DNA of 32,000 bases from positions 90,001-122,000 of the forward strand of contig NZ_NVQC01000009.1 in the NCBI RefSeq assembly GCF_003044035.1, in the 5' to 3' direction. The DNA is from Candidatus Methylomirabilis limnetica. Its GTDB lineage: Bacteria; Methylomirabilota; Methylomirabilia; Methylomirabilales; Methylomirabilaceae. The translations under genes were made by a program, and so were the position numbers. Below the pieces are notes generated by a model that saw nothing but the letters and a program-made list of their open reading frames with translations, was not told the origin of the DNA and made no database searches. Of the stretch, positions 17,699 through 25,701 are shown one piece after another. Numbering within the stretch: position 1 is the first letter of the stretch; each line of letters opens with the position of its first letter.

Positions 17699-18076
17699 TT
17701 GCCCAGGATAGACGCAGTGCTCTTCTCGTATCTGCCGATCTTTATCCTGATCCTTCTGGTCGCCGGTTTTGCCCTCGCTACCCTCTTTGTGTCTCACGCA
17801 CTCGGGCCGCGGCGGCCGACTCAGGCGAAGCTCGCCCCGTACGAGTGCGGAATCGACCCGGTAGGCTCCGCCAGGGAGCGGTTCTCGGTCAAGTTTTACC
17901 TGGTCGCGATGTTGTTCATCATCTTCGACATCGAGATCGTTTTCCTATATCCCTGGGCGGTGATCCTGAGCAGTCTGAGACTATTCGGGTTGATCGAGAT
18001 GATTGTCTTTCTCGGCATCCTCCTGATCGGCCTCCTGTATGTCTGGAGGAGGGGGGGGCTGGAATGGACAACGTGA
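17699..18076 (+). CDS. nuoA: NADH-quinone oxidoreductase subunit A (operon 2)
   Basis: Motifs: [27 protein letters not shown]. The start is uncertain (TTG 17699 or GTG 17717). Only 30 nt separate it from the atpE stop. Confidence 0.9.
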   Translation: MPRIDAVLFSYLPIFILILLVAGFALATLFVSHALGPRRPTQAKLAPYECGIDPVGSARERFSVKFYLVAMLFIIFDIEIVFLYPWAVILSSLRLFGLIEMIVFLGILLIGLLYVWRRGGLEWTT

Positions 18077-18570
18077 AGGGGCCGGAGAAGAACCGCACCG
18101 TTTCAGAGCTGCGGGAAAGATTCCCGGAGGCGACCCTCTCAGCCAGAAGCTTTCGCAACGAAACGACCCTCCTCGTCAGGCCTGGCGACATCATTCGTAT
18201 CTGTCGCCACCTGAAAGAGGAACCCGGCCTTCTGTACGATTTCCTCTCTGATCTGACTGCGGTCGATCGGCTCGGGGACCACCCACGGTTCGAGGTGGTC
18301 TACCATCTCTATTCCCTTCAGTACAAGTGGCGAATCCGGTTGAAGGTACCGGTTGAAGAGGGTGAGGCGGTACCCAGTGTGACCGCTGTCTGGAGCGCCG
18401 CCAATTGGCACGAACGTGAAGTATTCGATATGTTCGGCATCGGCTTCGATGGGCACCCGGATCTCCGGCGAATACTTATGCCGGAGGATTGGGAGGGATT
18501 CCCGCTCCGAAAGGACTACCCGGTGCAGGCCTCGCCGAAATGGTGGGAAGAGGGGACGACAGGTGACTGA
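18064..18570 (+). CDS. nuoC: NADH-quinone oxidoreductase subunit C (operon 2)
   Basis: ATG 18064 overlaps the nuoA2 3' end by 13 nt. 168 aa with [26 protein letters not shown]. Confidence 0.92.
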   Translation: MDNVKGPEKNRTVSELRERFPEATLSARSFRNETTLLVRPGDIIRICRHLKEEPGLLYDFLSDLTAVDRLGDHPRFEVVYHLYSLQYKWRIRLKVPVEEGEAVPSVTAVWSAANWHEREVFDMFGIGFDGHPDLRRILMPEDWEGFPLRKDYPVQASPKWWEEGTTGD

Positions 18571-19735
18571 GCGGCGCACCATGACCATTAACATGGGGCC
18601 TCAGCACCCCAGCACCCACGGCGTGCTGCGTCTGGTCCTGGAGCTGGATGGGGAGATCGTGGTCCGGTGCGCTCCGCATATCGGGTACCTGCACACCGGG
18701 ATGGAGAAGATCGCGGAAAGCAAGCGGTACCAGCAGGTCATCCCCATTACGGATCGGATGGATTACCTGGCCCCCCTCAGCAACAACCTGGCCTATGTGT
18801 TGGCTGTCGAGAAGCTCCTTGACATCGATGTGCCTCAGCGGGCGAAGGTGATCCGCGTCATGCTGACGGAGCTGACCCGGATCGGAAGCCACTTGGTCTG
18901 GCTTGCGACACATGCTATCGATATCGGGGCCATGAGCGTCTTCCTCTATGCTTTTCGGGAGCGTGAGGCGATCCTGGACATGTCCGAACAGGTGTCCGGG
19001 GCCAGGATGATGTCCAGCTACTTCCGGATTGGCGGCCTGTTTGCCGACCTGCCAGAGGGGTTCGAGAGGGTGGTCCACTCTTTCGTCGAAAGCTTTCCTA
19101 CCCGCCTGGCCGAGTACGAAGACCTGCTGACGAGGAACCCGATCTGGATCGAACGGACCAAGGGGGTCGGTGTGATCAAGCCGGAAGATGCCATAGACCT
19201 TGGCTTAAGCGGTCCAAGCCTCCGAGCCTGCGGAATCCCTTGGGACATTCGTAAGGCTAATCCCTATTCTGGCTATGAGCAATTTCACTTCGAGATGTCC
19301 AGGGGAATCCACGGCGATGTCTACGACCGATACCTCTGCCGAATCTTTGAGATGCGGCAGAGTGTGGCTATCGTTCGCCAGGCCCTGGAATGCCTCCCAG
19401 AGGGGCCGATTGCTGTAGCCAATCCGAAGCTCACCCCGCCGCCCAAGCCGATGGTCAAGCAGAGTATGGAGGCTCTCATTCACCACTTCCTGCTCTGGTC
19501 GGCAGGGTTTACCGTACCGGCAGGAGAGGTATATCAGAGTATCGAGTCACCGAGGGGCGAGTACGGCGTCTATCTGGTAAGCGACGGCAGCAACAAACCC
19601 TATCGCGTCCATTTTCGTGCGCCCTCCTTCGTGAACCTGGAGTCGTTATCGAAGATGGTGGAGGGGCGACTGGTGGCAGATCTGGTGGCGATCATCGGTA
19701 GCATCGATATCGTACTCGGCGAGGTGGATCGCTAG
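18563..19735 (+). CDS. nuoD: NADH-quinone oxidoreductase subunit D (operon 2)
   Basis: GTG 18563 overlaps the nuoC2 stop; ATG 18581 is an alternative. Motifs: [36 protein letters not shown]. Confidence 0.95.
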   Translation: MTERRTMTINMGPQHPSTHGVLRLVLELDGEIVVRCAPHIGYLHTGMEKIAESKRYQQVIPITDRMDYLAPLSNNLAYVLAVEKLLDIDVPQRAKVIRVMLTELTRIGSHLVWLATHAIDIGAMSVFLYAFREREAILDMSEQVSGARMMSSYFRIGGLFADLPEGFERVVHSFVESFPTRLAEYEDLLTRNPIWIERTKGVGVIKPEDAIDLGLSGPSLRACGIPWDIRKANPYSGYEQFHFEMSRGIHGDVYDRYLCRIFEMRQSVAIVRQALECLPEGPIAVANPKLTPPPKPMVKQSMEALIHHFLLWSAGFTVPAGEVYQSIESPRGEYGVYLVSDGSNKPYRVHFRAPSFVNLESLSKMVEGRLVADLVAIIGSIDIVLGEVDR

Positions 19736-19741
19736 TGTGGA

Positions 19742-19818
19742 GTTTCGAGTTTCGGGTTTGGAATTTCTGGTTGTGGCGAGCCTTGTTGACTCGAAACTCG
19801 AAACCCGAAACTCGAAAC
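19742..19818 (+). repeat. heptamer-array hairpin element E (nuoD2|nuoE2 junction)
   Basis: GTTTCGA GTTTCGG GTTTGGA ATTTCTG GTTGTGG, a 14-nt loop region, then TCGAAAC TCGAAAC CCGAAAC TCGAAAC. Confidence 0.85.
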
Positions 19819-19829
19819 CTTTACATACG

Positions 19830-20330
19830 ATGACGGAAGAGACGATTCAGCGCATCCTGTCCAGATATCCCGATCGTCGCTCCGCTCTGTTGCCGCTGAT
19901 GCACCTGTGCCAGGAGGAGGCAGGGTATCTTACAGAGGAGGCCATGCGTGGTCTGGCCGCCCGTCTTGACTTGCCGCCGACCCAGGTGGCAGAGGTCGCG
20001 ATGTTTTATGACATGTTCCGTCTGAAGTCGGGCGGTCGGCGTGAGATCTGGGTCTGCCACAACCTGAGCTGCGCGCTCTTAGGGGCCGAACGGGTGATCC
20101 GACGCCTTGAAGAGGCGCTTGGGGTCAGCACTGGAGAGACGACACCCGATGGACTGTTCACGATCAAACGGGTTGAGTGCCTTGCTGCCTGCGGACTCGC
20201 ACCGGCGATCCAGGTGGGGCCGGATTACTACGGTCCGGTTTCGCACGGTGATGTTGAGACACTGGTTGCACGGCTGCGAGAGCAATTAGCCGGCAGCGAT
20301 CAACGGGCGGCTTCATGCGATCGGTTGTAG
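19830..20330 (+). CDS. nuoE: NADH-quinone oxidoreductase subunit E (24 kDa, [2Fe-2S] N1a)
   Basis: 166 aa from ATG 19830. Cys ligands are VCHNLSC (Cx4C) and ECLAAC (Cx3C). The ORF-track start at 19737 reads through repeat element E. Confidence 0.92.
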   Translation: MTEETIQRILSRYPDRRSALLPLMHLCQEEAGYLTEEAMRGLAARLDLPPTQVAEVAMFYDMFRLKSGGRREIWVCHNLSCALLGAERVIRRLEEALGVSTGETTPDGLFTIKRVECLAACGLAPAIQVGPDYYGPVSHGDVETLVARLREQLAGSDQRAASCDRL

Positions 20331-20380
20331 GGGCAGGGTTTACCCTGCCCAAGGAGGGCGCAGCAAGCAGCGCCCCTACA
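20327..20380 (+). repeat. REP-like two-hairpin element, copy 1 (nuoE2|nuoF2 junction)
   Basis: The outer stem TGTAGGGG...CCCCTACA encloses GGGCAGGG-ttta-CCCTGCCC and GGGCGC-agcaagca-GCGCCC. Confidence 0.8.
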
Positions 20381-20400
20381 CCGCTGATGGCTGAACGTTC

Positions 20401-21708
20401 ATGAGCGAAAAGATCCTTACGAAGCGGTTTGAGATCCCTGGGTATCGCGGGACCCTTGATGAGTACGAGGCTACCGGAGGGTATCAGGCCATTGCGAAAG
20501 CGCTCAAAGAGCATACGCCAGCCAGTCTAACCGAGATGGTGAAGCGGTCGGGGCTCAGGGGGCGTGGGGGGGCAGGCTTCCCCACCGGCGTCAAGTGGGG
20601 CTTTATTCCCAAGGATCCGGAGCTGCCCAAGTATCTCGTCTGTAATGCCGATGAGAGCGAGCCGGGGACGTTCAAGGACCGTGAGCTGATCATGCGCGAC
20701 CCGCACCAGCTCATCGAAGGGATCCTGCTGGCAAGTTTCGCCATCGGGTGTCGGACCGCCTATATCTATATCAGGGGCGAGTTCATTGCAGGGGCGTGTA
20801 TCCTCGAACAGGCGATCAGAGATGCGGCCGCCCGTGGTCTCGCGGGAAAGGATATCCTGGGGAGCAGCTTCAGTCTGGACCTCCACGTGCATCGAGGCGC
20901 CGGCGCCTACATCTGTGGAGAGGAGACCGCCCTGCTGGAATCATTAGAGGGTAAAAGGGGGTTGCCACGGTTGAAGCCCCCGTTTCCTGCCACGTCGGGG
21001 CTCTATCGCAAGCCCACCGTCGTGAATAATGTCGAAACTCTCAGCAATCTTCCGCATATCGTACTGCGTGGAGCCGAGTGGTTCTCGAGCATTGGAAGCC
21101 CCAAGAGTACGGGTACCAGGGTCTTCTCGATAAGTGGCCATGTTCGCCGGCCCGGTATCTACGAGTGCCCGATCAATGTCTCAATGAGAGAGTTGATTTT
21201 CGAGCATGCGGACGGGATGCGGGATGGTCGCCGCCTGAAGGCGGTGATTCCCGGAGGCTCCTCGGTGCCGGTTCTGACCGAGCAGCACCTGGATACCCGG
21301 ATGGACTTCGAATCTCTTGCCACGGTGGGCTCCATGGCCGGGTCTGGAGGCGTCATCGTGATGGATGAGACCACCTGCATGGTCCGGGTGGGCGAGGTCG
21401 TCTCTCGATTCTATCATCACGAATCGTGCGGGCAGTGCACGCAGTGCCGGGAGGGGACGGCGTGGTTACACAAGACACTGAGAAGGATCGAAGATGGTCG
21501 CGGACGAAAGGCGGATCTTGACCTCCTCCTGGACATCTGTGACAACATGAAGAGCAAAACCATTTGCCCCTTAAGCGATGCTGCCGCTATGCCGATTGAA
21601 AGCTACCTGAAGTACTTTCGTGATGAATTCGAGCGCCACATCGTGGATCGCGCCTGCCCGTTCGAAGCCCAGGTCGGGGCCTCGGCCAGGCCCATGGACG
21701 CGTCGTAG
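20401..21708 (+). CDS. nuoF: NADH-quinone oxidoreductase subunit F (51 kDa, FMN/NADH site, N3)
   Basis: 435 aa. Motifs: GLRGRGGAGFPTGVKW, and ESCGQCTQCREG...ICPL for the [4Fe-4S] ligands. Confidence 0.95.
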   Translation: MSEKILTKRFEIPGYRGTLDEYEATGGYQAIAKALKEHTPASLTEMVKRSGLRGRGGAGFPTGVKWGFIPKDPELPKYLVCNADESEPGTFKDRELIMRDPHQLIEGILLASFAIGCRTAYIYIRGEFIAGACILEQAIRDAAARGLAGKDILGSSFSLDLHVHRGAGAYICGEETALLESLEGKRGLPRLKPPFPATSGLYRKPTVVNNVETLSNLPHIVLRGAEWFSSIGSPKSTGTRVFSISGHVRRPGIYECPINVSMRELIFEHADGMRDGRRLKAVIPGGSSVPVLTEQHLDTRMDFESLATVGSMAGSGGVIVMDETTCMVRVGEVVSRFYHHESCGQCTQCREGTAWLHKTLRRIEDGRGRKADLDLLLDICDNMKSKTICPLSDAAAMPIESYLKYFRDEFERHIVDRACPFEAQVGASARPMDAS

Positions 21709-21712
21709 CCTG

Positions 21713-21735
21713 TCCCCGCATGCATGAAGCGGGGA
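21713..21735. repeat. short palindromic element TCCCCGC-N9-GCGGGGA (copy 2 of 2)
   Basis: It lies in the 43-nt nuoF2|nuoH2 gap. It is the same stem as 3599-3616, in the opposite orientation. Confidence 0.6.
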
Positions 21736-21751
21736 GCGGGCGGTAGGGGGC

Positions 21752-22741
21752 ATGATGCCAGAGGGCACCTTCCTCGTCCTCATGGTAGCGAAGATCGCCG
21801 TGGTCTTCGGTCTGATGTTGCTAAGTGTCGCCTACATGACCTGGCTGGAGCGCAAGATCCTCAGCGATATCCAGGTCCGACTCGGTCCGATGCGGGTCGG
21901 CCCCCACGGCCTGCTACAGCCGATCGCCGACGGGCTCAAGCTCTTGTTCAAGGAGGAGATCGTTCCCCAGGCCGCTGACCGGACACTCTACCTCCTGGCT
22001 CCCGTGCTTGCGCTGGTCCCTGCCTTCATCTCCTTTGCCGTAATCCCTTTCGGAGACCGGATCCGACTCTTCGGGCAGAGCATCGACCTGGTCATCGCTG
22101 ACGTCAATATCGGGCTGCTGTATGTGTTCGGTGTCGCCTCTCTCGGGATCTATGGGATCGTCCTGGGAGGGTGGGCCTCGAACAACAAGTACGCGCTGCT
22201 TGGGGGGCTGCGTGCCTCGGCCCAGATGATCAGCTATGAACTCTCCCTGAGTCTGTCGGTGGTGGGCGTGGTGATGCTGTCGCAATCGCTGAGCCTGGTG
22301 CAGATTGTGGATGCCCAGGCCAGGGTGTGGTTTATCGTCCTTCAGCCGATCGGTTTTATCATCTTCCTGATCTGTGCTGTCGCCGAGATCAATCGCGCTC
22401 CTTTCGATCTCCCGGAGGCCGAGACGGAACTGGTGGCCGGTTTTCACGTCGAGTACAGCTCAATGAAGTTCGCCATGTACTTTATGGCTGAGTATGCCAA
22501 CATGATCACCGTATCGGCCATGGCGACAACGCTGTTCCTGGGCGGGTGGAGGGGGCCGTGGTTGCCACCGGTGGTCTGGTTTCTCATTAAGCTCTATCTG
22601 TTTATTTTCCTCTTCATCTGGCTTCGAGGTACGCTGCCGCGCTTTAGATACGACCAACTGATGCGATTTGGGTGGAAGGTTCTGCTGCCCATTGCGCTGG
22701 TCAATATTATGGTCACGGCTGTGTTTGTTGCGTTGAGGTAA
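21752..22741 (+). CDS. nuoH: NADH-quinone oxidoreductase subunit H (operon 2)
   Basis: 329 aa. Motifs: [41 protein letters not shown]. Confidence 0.95.
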   Translation: MMPEGTFLVLMVAKIAVVFGLMLLSVAYMTWLERKILSDIQVRLGPMRVGPHGLLQPIADGLKLLFKEEIVPQAADRTLYLLAPVLALVPAFISFAVIPFGDRIRLFGQSIDLVIADVNIGLLYVFGVASLGIYGIVLGGWASNNKYALLGGLRASAQMISYELSLSLSVVGVVMLSQSLSLVQIVDAQARVWFIVLQPIGFIIFLICAVAEINRAPFDLPEAETELVAGFHVEYSSMKFAMYFMAEYANMITVSAMATTLFLGGWRGPWLPPVVWFLIKLYLFIFLFIWLRGTLPRFRYDQLMRFGWKVLLPIALVNIMVTAVFVALR

Positions 22742-22743
22742 GA

Positions 22744-23250
22744 ATGGAATGGCTGGTGTTCGTTCCGCTGGCCGCAATGGCGCTCATCACTGCGGTTCTG
22801 GTCATCGTCATGCGAAATCCGGTCTACTGCGCCCTCTCGCTTATTGGGACGTTCTTCGCACTGTCGGGGATCTATCTGCTGTTGCAGGCGCAGTTCATCG
22901 CTGTCGTGCAGGTGATCGTCTATGCCGGAGCGATCATGGTCCTGTTCCTGTTCGTGGTCATGCTGCTCGACCTGGGTCATGAACTACCCGCCTGGCTGCA
23001 GCGAGATCGGCCCAGGCTCCTGCTCGGCATCGGTGTGGCTCTGCTCCTACTTGTTGAGTTGGCGATCCCTATCGGCTTCAGGACTCCTCACGGTCCCCAG
23101 GGCCTCTACACTTCAGAACTCGTGGGCGCCATCGGAAATACTCAAGTCGTCGGCCGTCTCCTGTTCACCGATTTTCTCATCCCATTTGAGATCACTTCTA
23201 TAATCCTGCTCATTGCCATTATTGGCGTCATGGTCTTAGCCAGGAGGTAG
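22744..23250 (+). CDS. nuoJ: NADH-quinone oxidoreductase subunit J (operon 2)
   Basis: ATG 22744 lies 2 nt after the nuoH2 stop. 168 aa with VIVYAGAIMVLFLFVVMLL and PFEITSIILLIAIIGV. Confidence 0.92.
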   Translation: MEWLVFVPLAAMALITAVLVIVMRNPVYCALSLIGTFFALSGIYLLLQAQFIAVVQVIVYAGAIMVLFLFVVMLLDLGHELPAWLQRDRPRLLLGIGVALLLLVELAIPIGFRTPHGPQGLYTSELVGAIGNTQVVGRLLFTDFLIPFEITSIILLIAIIGVMVLARR

Positions 23251-23343
23251 CGAAGTGCGGAATGTAGGGGCAGCCCTTGTGGCTGCCCGAGGTGCAACGT
23301 TCAACGTTCAAGGGTGGAGTGTGCGAGGTGCGAGGTGCAAGGC
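23251..23343 (+). repeat. composite repeat region F (nuoJ2|nuoK2): partial REP hairpin plus heptamer units
   Basis: TGTAGGGGCAGCC-cttgt-GGCTGCCC (23263-23288), then GTTCAAC GTTCAAG, then GTGCGAG GTGCGAG GTGCAAG. Confidence 0.7.
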
Positions 23344-23389
23344 AAATCCTCTCTCACCCCCCTTTATCAAAGGGGGGTTGGGGGGATTT
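23344..23389. repeat. ~46-bp two-segment palindromic element, copy 2
   Basis: AAATCC-TCTC-tca-CCCCCCTTT-atc-AAAGGGGGG-tt-GGGG-GGATTT. Confidence 0.75.
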
Positions 23390-23409
23390 GATGCGAGGCC
23401 TGAAGTGCG

Positions 23410-23721
23410 ATGACAGCAACCGTGCCTTTGAGCGCATACTTAATACTTAGCGCTGTCCTCTTTGTCATAGGGGTCATCGGGGTGCTGATCCGGCGTAATG
23501 TGCTGGTGATCTTCATGGCGATTGAGTTGATGCTGAATGCCGTCAATCTCACCTTTGTGGCCTTCTCAAGGTTTCTCCACTCGATGGATGGACAGATCAT
23601 TGTGTTGTTTGTGATGGCGGTGGCCGCAGCCGAGGTAGCAGTAGGGCTGGCCATCATCATTGCACTGCATAGAAATAAAGAGTCCTTAAATGTGGACGAG
23701 ATCAATCTCCTTAAAGGCTAG
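23410..23721 (+). CDS. nuoK: NADH-quinone oxidoreductase subunit K (operon 2)
   Basis: 103 aa. Motifs: [30 protein letters not shown]. Confidence 0.93.
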   Translation: MTATVPLSAYLILSAVLFVIGVIGVLIRRNVLVIFMAIELMLNAVNLTFVAFSRFLHSMDGQIIVLFVMAVAAAEVAVGLAIIIALHRNKESLNVDEINLLKG

Positions 23722-23788
23722 TTGCGAGTTTCGAGCGTCGGGTTTTGAGCTTACAACCCGAAACCCGAAACTCGTAACCCGAAACCCG
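23721..23788 (+). repeat. heptamer-array hairpin element G (nuoK2|nuoL2 junction)
   Basis: GTTGCGA GTTTCGA GCGTCGG GTTTTGA, then gcttacaa, then CCGAAAC CCGAAAC TCGTAAC CCGAAAC. It abuts both the stop (23719-23721) and the start (23791). Confidence 0.85.
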
Positions 23789-23790
23789 AT

Positions 23791-25686
23791 ATGATGATCT
23801 GGCTGATTCCCGTTGTTCCGCTGGTGGGAAGCCTCGTCGTCGGTCTGATGGGCCGCCGGATGCAGAGAGGGCTGGTGACGGGTATCGCCTGCGGCGCCAC
23901 ATCGCTTTCGTTGCTCCTTTCCCTGATGGCCTTTGTCCGTCTCCTTCAGATGCCGGCGGAAGGACGCCTGCTTCGCTCCTCCCTCGGCTCCTGGATCGCC
24001 TCCGGCGATTTCTCGGTCTCGTTCGGGTTCCTGTTCGATCCCCTCTCTGCCATCATGGCGCTGGTGGTGTGCGGCGTGGGCTTGCTGATACATATCTACT
24101 CGATCGGCTATATGCAGGAGGACCGCGACTATCACCGCTTCTTCTCGCTGCTCAACCTCTTCCTGGCTGAGATGCTGGTCCTGGTCCTGGCCGATAACTA
24201 CCTCCTGCTCTTTGTGGGATGGGAGGGGGTGGGCCTCTGTTCGTACCTGTTGATCGGCTTCTGGTTCGAACGACCTGCTGCGGCATCCGCCGGGACCAAG
24301 GCCTTCCTGGTGAACCGGATCGGCGACGGCGCCGTGGTTGTGGGGCTGATCTGGATGATCCTGCTGTTCGGGTCACTGGACTTCCAGACCGTGTTTACAG
24401 AAGCGCCGACCGTGCTTGCGCACGGCTCTGTTACCGCAATGCTTCTCACCCTCCTTCTCTTCATCGGGGCGACCGGTAAGTCGGCGCAACTCCCACTGTA
24501 TGTCTGGTTGCCTGATGCGATGGAGGGACCTACGCCGGTCTCGGCGCTTATCCATGCTGCTACCATGGTGACGGCAGGCGTCTACCTGGTCGCCCGTTCG
24601 GCTCCCCTGTTCCAGCTTGCGCCTGTGAGCCTGGAGATCGTGGCCTGGGTCGGTGGCCTCACGGCCCTCTATGCCGCAAGCATCGCCCTGGTTCAGACCG
24701 ACATCAAACGGATTATCGCCTACTCGACCATCTCCCAGCTCGGCTACATGTTTTTAGGCCTGGGAGTCGGGGCATACGCCGCAGGGATCTTTCACCTGAT
24801 GACGCATGCCTTCTTCAAGGCCCTTCTCTTCCTATCGGCCGGGTCGGTGATTCATGCGCTGGCCGGCGAGCAGGATATCAGGAAGATGGGGGGGCTGCGG
24901 AAGTCCCTCCGTGTCACTACCGGCAGCTTTCTCGTAGGCGCGCTGGCTAACGCCGGCATCGCTCCCTTCGCCGGCTTCTGGAGCAAGGACGAGATCCTCT
25001 TTGCCGCCTATACCTCGGGACATCGGCTGCTCTGGGTCATTGGGGTGCTGACCGCGGCGGGCACTGCCTTGTACATGTTTCGCCTCTATTTCCTTGCCTT
25101 CGAGGGGAAGTCGAGGCTTGACGCGCATACGCTTAAACACCTGCACGAGGCGCCGTGGAGCATGCGCCTGCCGCTGGTGCTGTTGGCGCTCGGGTCGGCG
25201 ACCGTCGGGTTTGTCGGTTTCCCGCCAGAGTCAGGCCCGTTTCAGCGATTCCTGGGTTCGGTTTTCCCGGTCCCGGTGCATGAGGCCTCGGTCGAGCCGA
25301 GCTCCGGGGTCGTGCTTGCGGTTGCGACTCTTGTAATGGCCCTGCTGGGGATCGGCGTGGCCTTTTGGTGCTATCTTCGGGATCCTACCAGACCCGAGGC
25401 GCTTGTCGCGCGGTATCCTGCGCTGCATCGCACCCTCTTTCACAAATATTGGGTTGATGAGCTGTACGATAAGGTCGTAATCCACCCGATCGTTACCTCC
25501 GCTCGCGCCATATCGGAGTCGTTCGATGCGCGCATAGTCGACGGGTCAGTCAACGGCATCGCGACACTTGCAATACGGGCCGGCAGCATGCTGAGGCGAC
25601 TTCAAACCGGCTATGTTCCAACCTATATCCTTTCGATCCTGGTGGGTGCCGTGGTCCTCTTGGGATACTTGGCGTTTTATGGATAG
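23791..25686 (+). CDS. nuoL: NADH-quinone oxidoreductase subunit L (operon 2)
   Basis: 631 aa. Motifs: GWEGVGLCSYLLIGFW, GKSAQLPLYVWLPDAMEGPTPVSALIHAATMV, HKYWVDELYD. Confidence 0.95.
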   Translation: MMIWLIPVVPLVGSLVVGLMGRRMQRGLVTGIACGATSLSLLLSLMAFVRLLQMPAEGRLLRSSLGSWIASGDFSVSFGFLFDPLSAIMALVVCGVGLLIHIYSIGYMQEDRDYHRFFSLLNLFLAEMLVLVLADNYLLLFVGWEGVGLCSYLLIGFWFERPAAASAGTKAFLVNRIGDGAVVVGLIWMILLFGSLDFQTVFTEAPTVLAHGSVTAMLLTLLLFIGATGKSAQLPLYVWLPDAMEGPTPVSALIHAATMVTAGVYLVARSAPLFQLAPVSLEIVAWVGGLTALYAASIALVQTDIKRIIAYSTISQLGYMFLGLGVGAYAAGIFHLMTHAFFKALLFLSAGSVIHALAGEQDIRKMGGLRKSLRVTTGSFLVGALANAGIAPFAGFWSKDEILFAAYTSGHRLLWVIGVLTAAGTALYMFRLYFLAFEGKSRLDAHTLKHLHEAPWSMRLPLVLLALGSATVGFVGFPPESGPFQRFLGSVFPVPVHEASVEPSSGVVLAVATLVMALLGIGVAFWCYLRDPTRPEALVARYPALHRTLFHKYWVDELYDKVVIHPIVTSARAISESFDARIVDGSVNGIATLAIRAGSMLRRLQTGYVPTYILSILVGAVVLLGYLAFYG

Positions 25687-25701
25687 CGCACAGGTGAAGG
25701 C

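Noticed and set aside
17691-17711. A six-codon ORF (MTDCPG) between atpE and nuoA2 as a leader peptide
   Set aside because: It is too short and overlaps the probable nuoA2 start. I cannot assess conservation, so it is most likely fortuitous.
19737-19829. A longer NuoE2 starting at 19737 (197 aa)
   Set aside because: The extra residues (MEFRVSGLEFLVV...KLETRNSKP) are simply the translation of heptamer element E. NuoE homology starts at ATG 19830.
8612-23788. The heptamer arrays as CRISPR or as a coding low-complexity peptide (e.g. the small ORF MFKTFNVQGSRFKVAPHL from 10530)
   Set aside because: The repeat unit is only 7 nt with no spacers, and no cas genes are present. The short ORFs are by-products of the repeats, without an SD.
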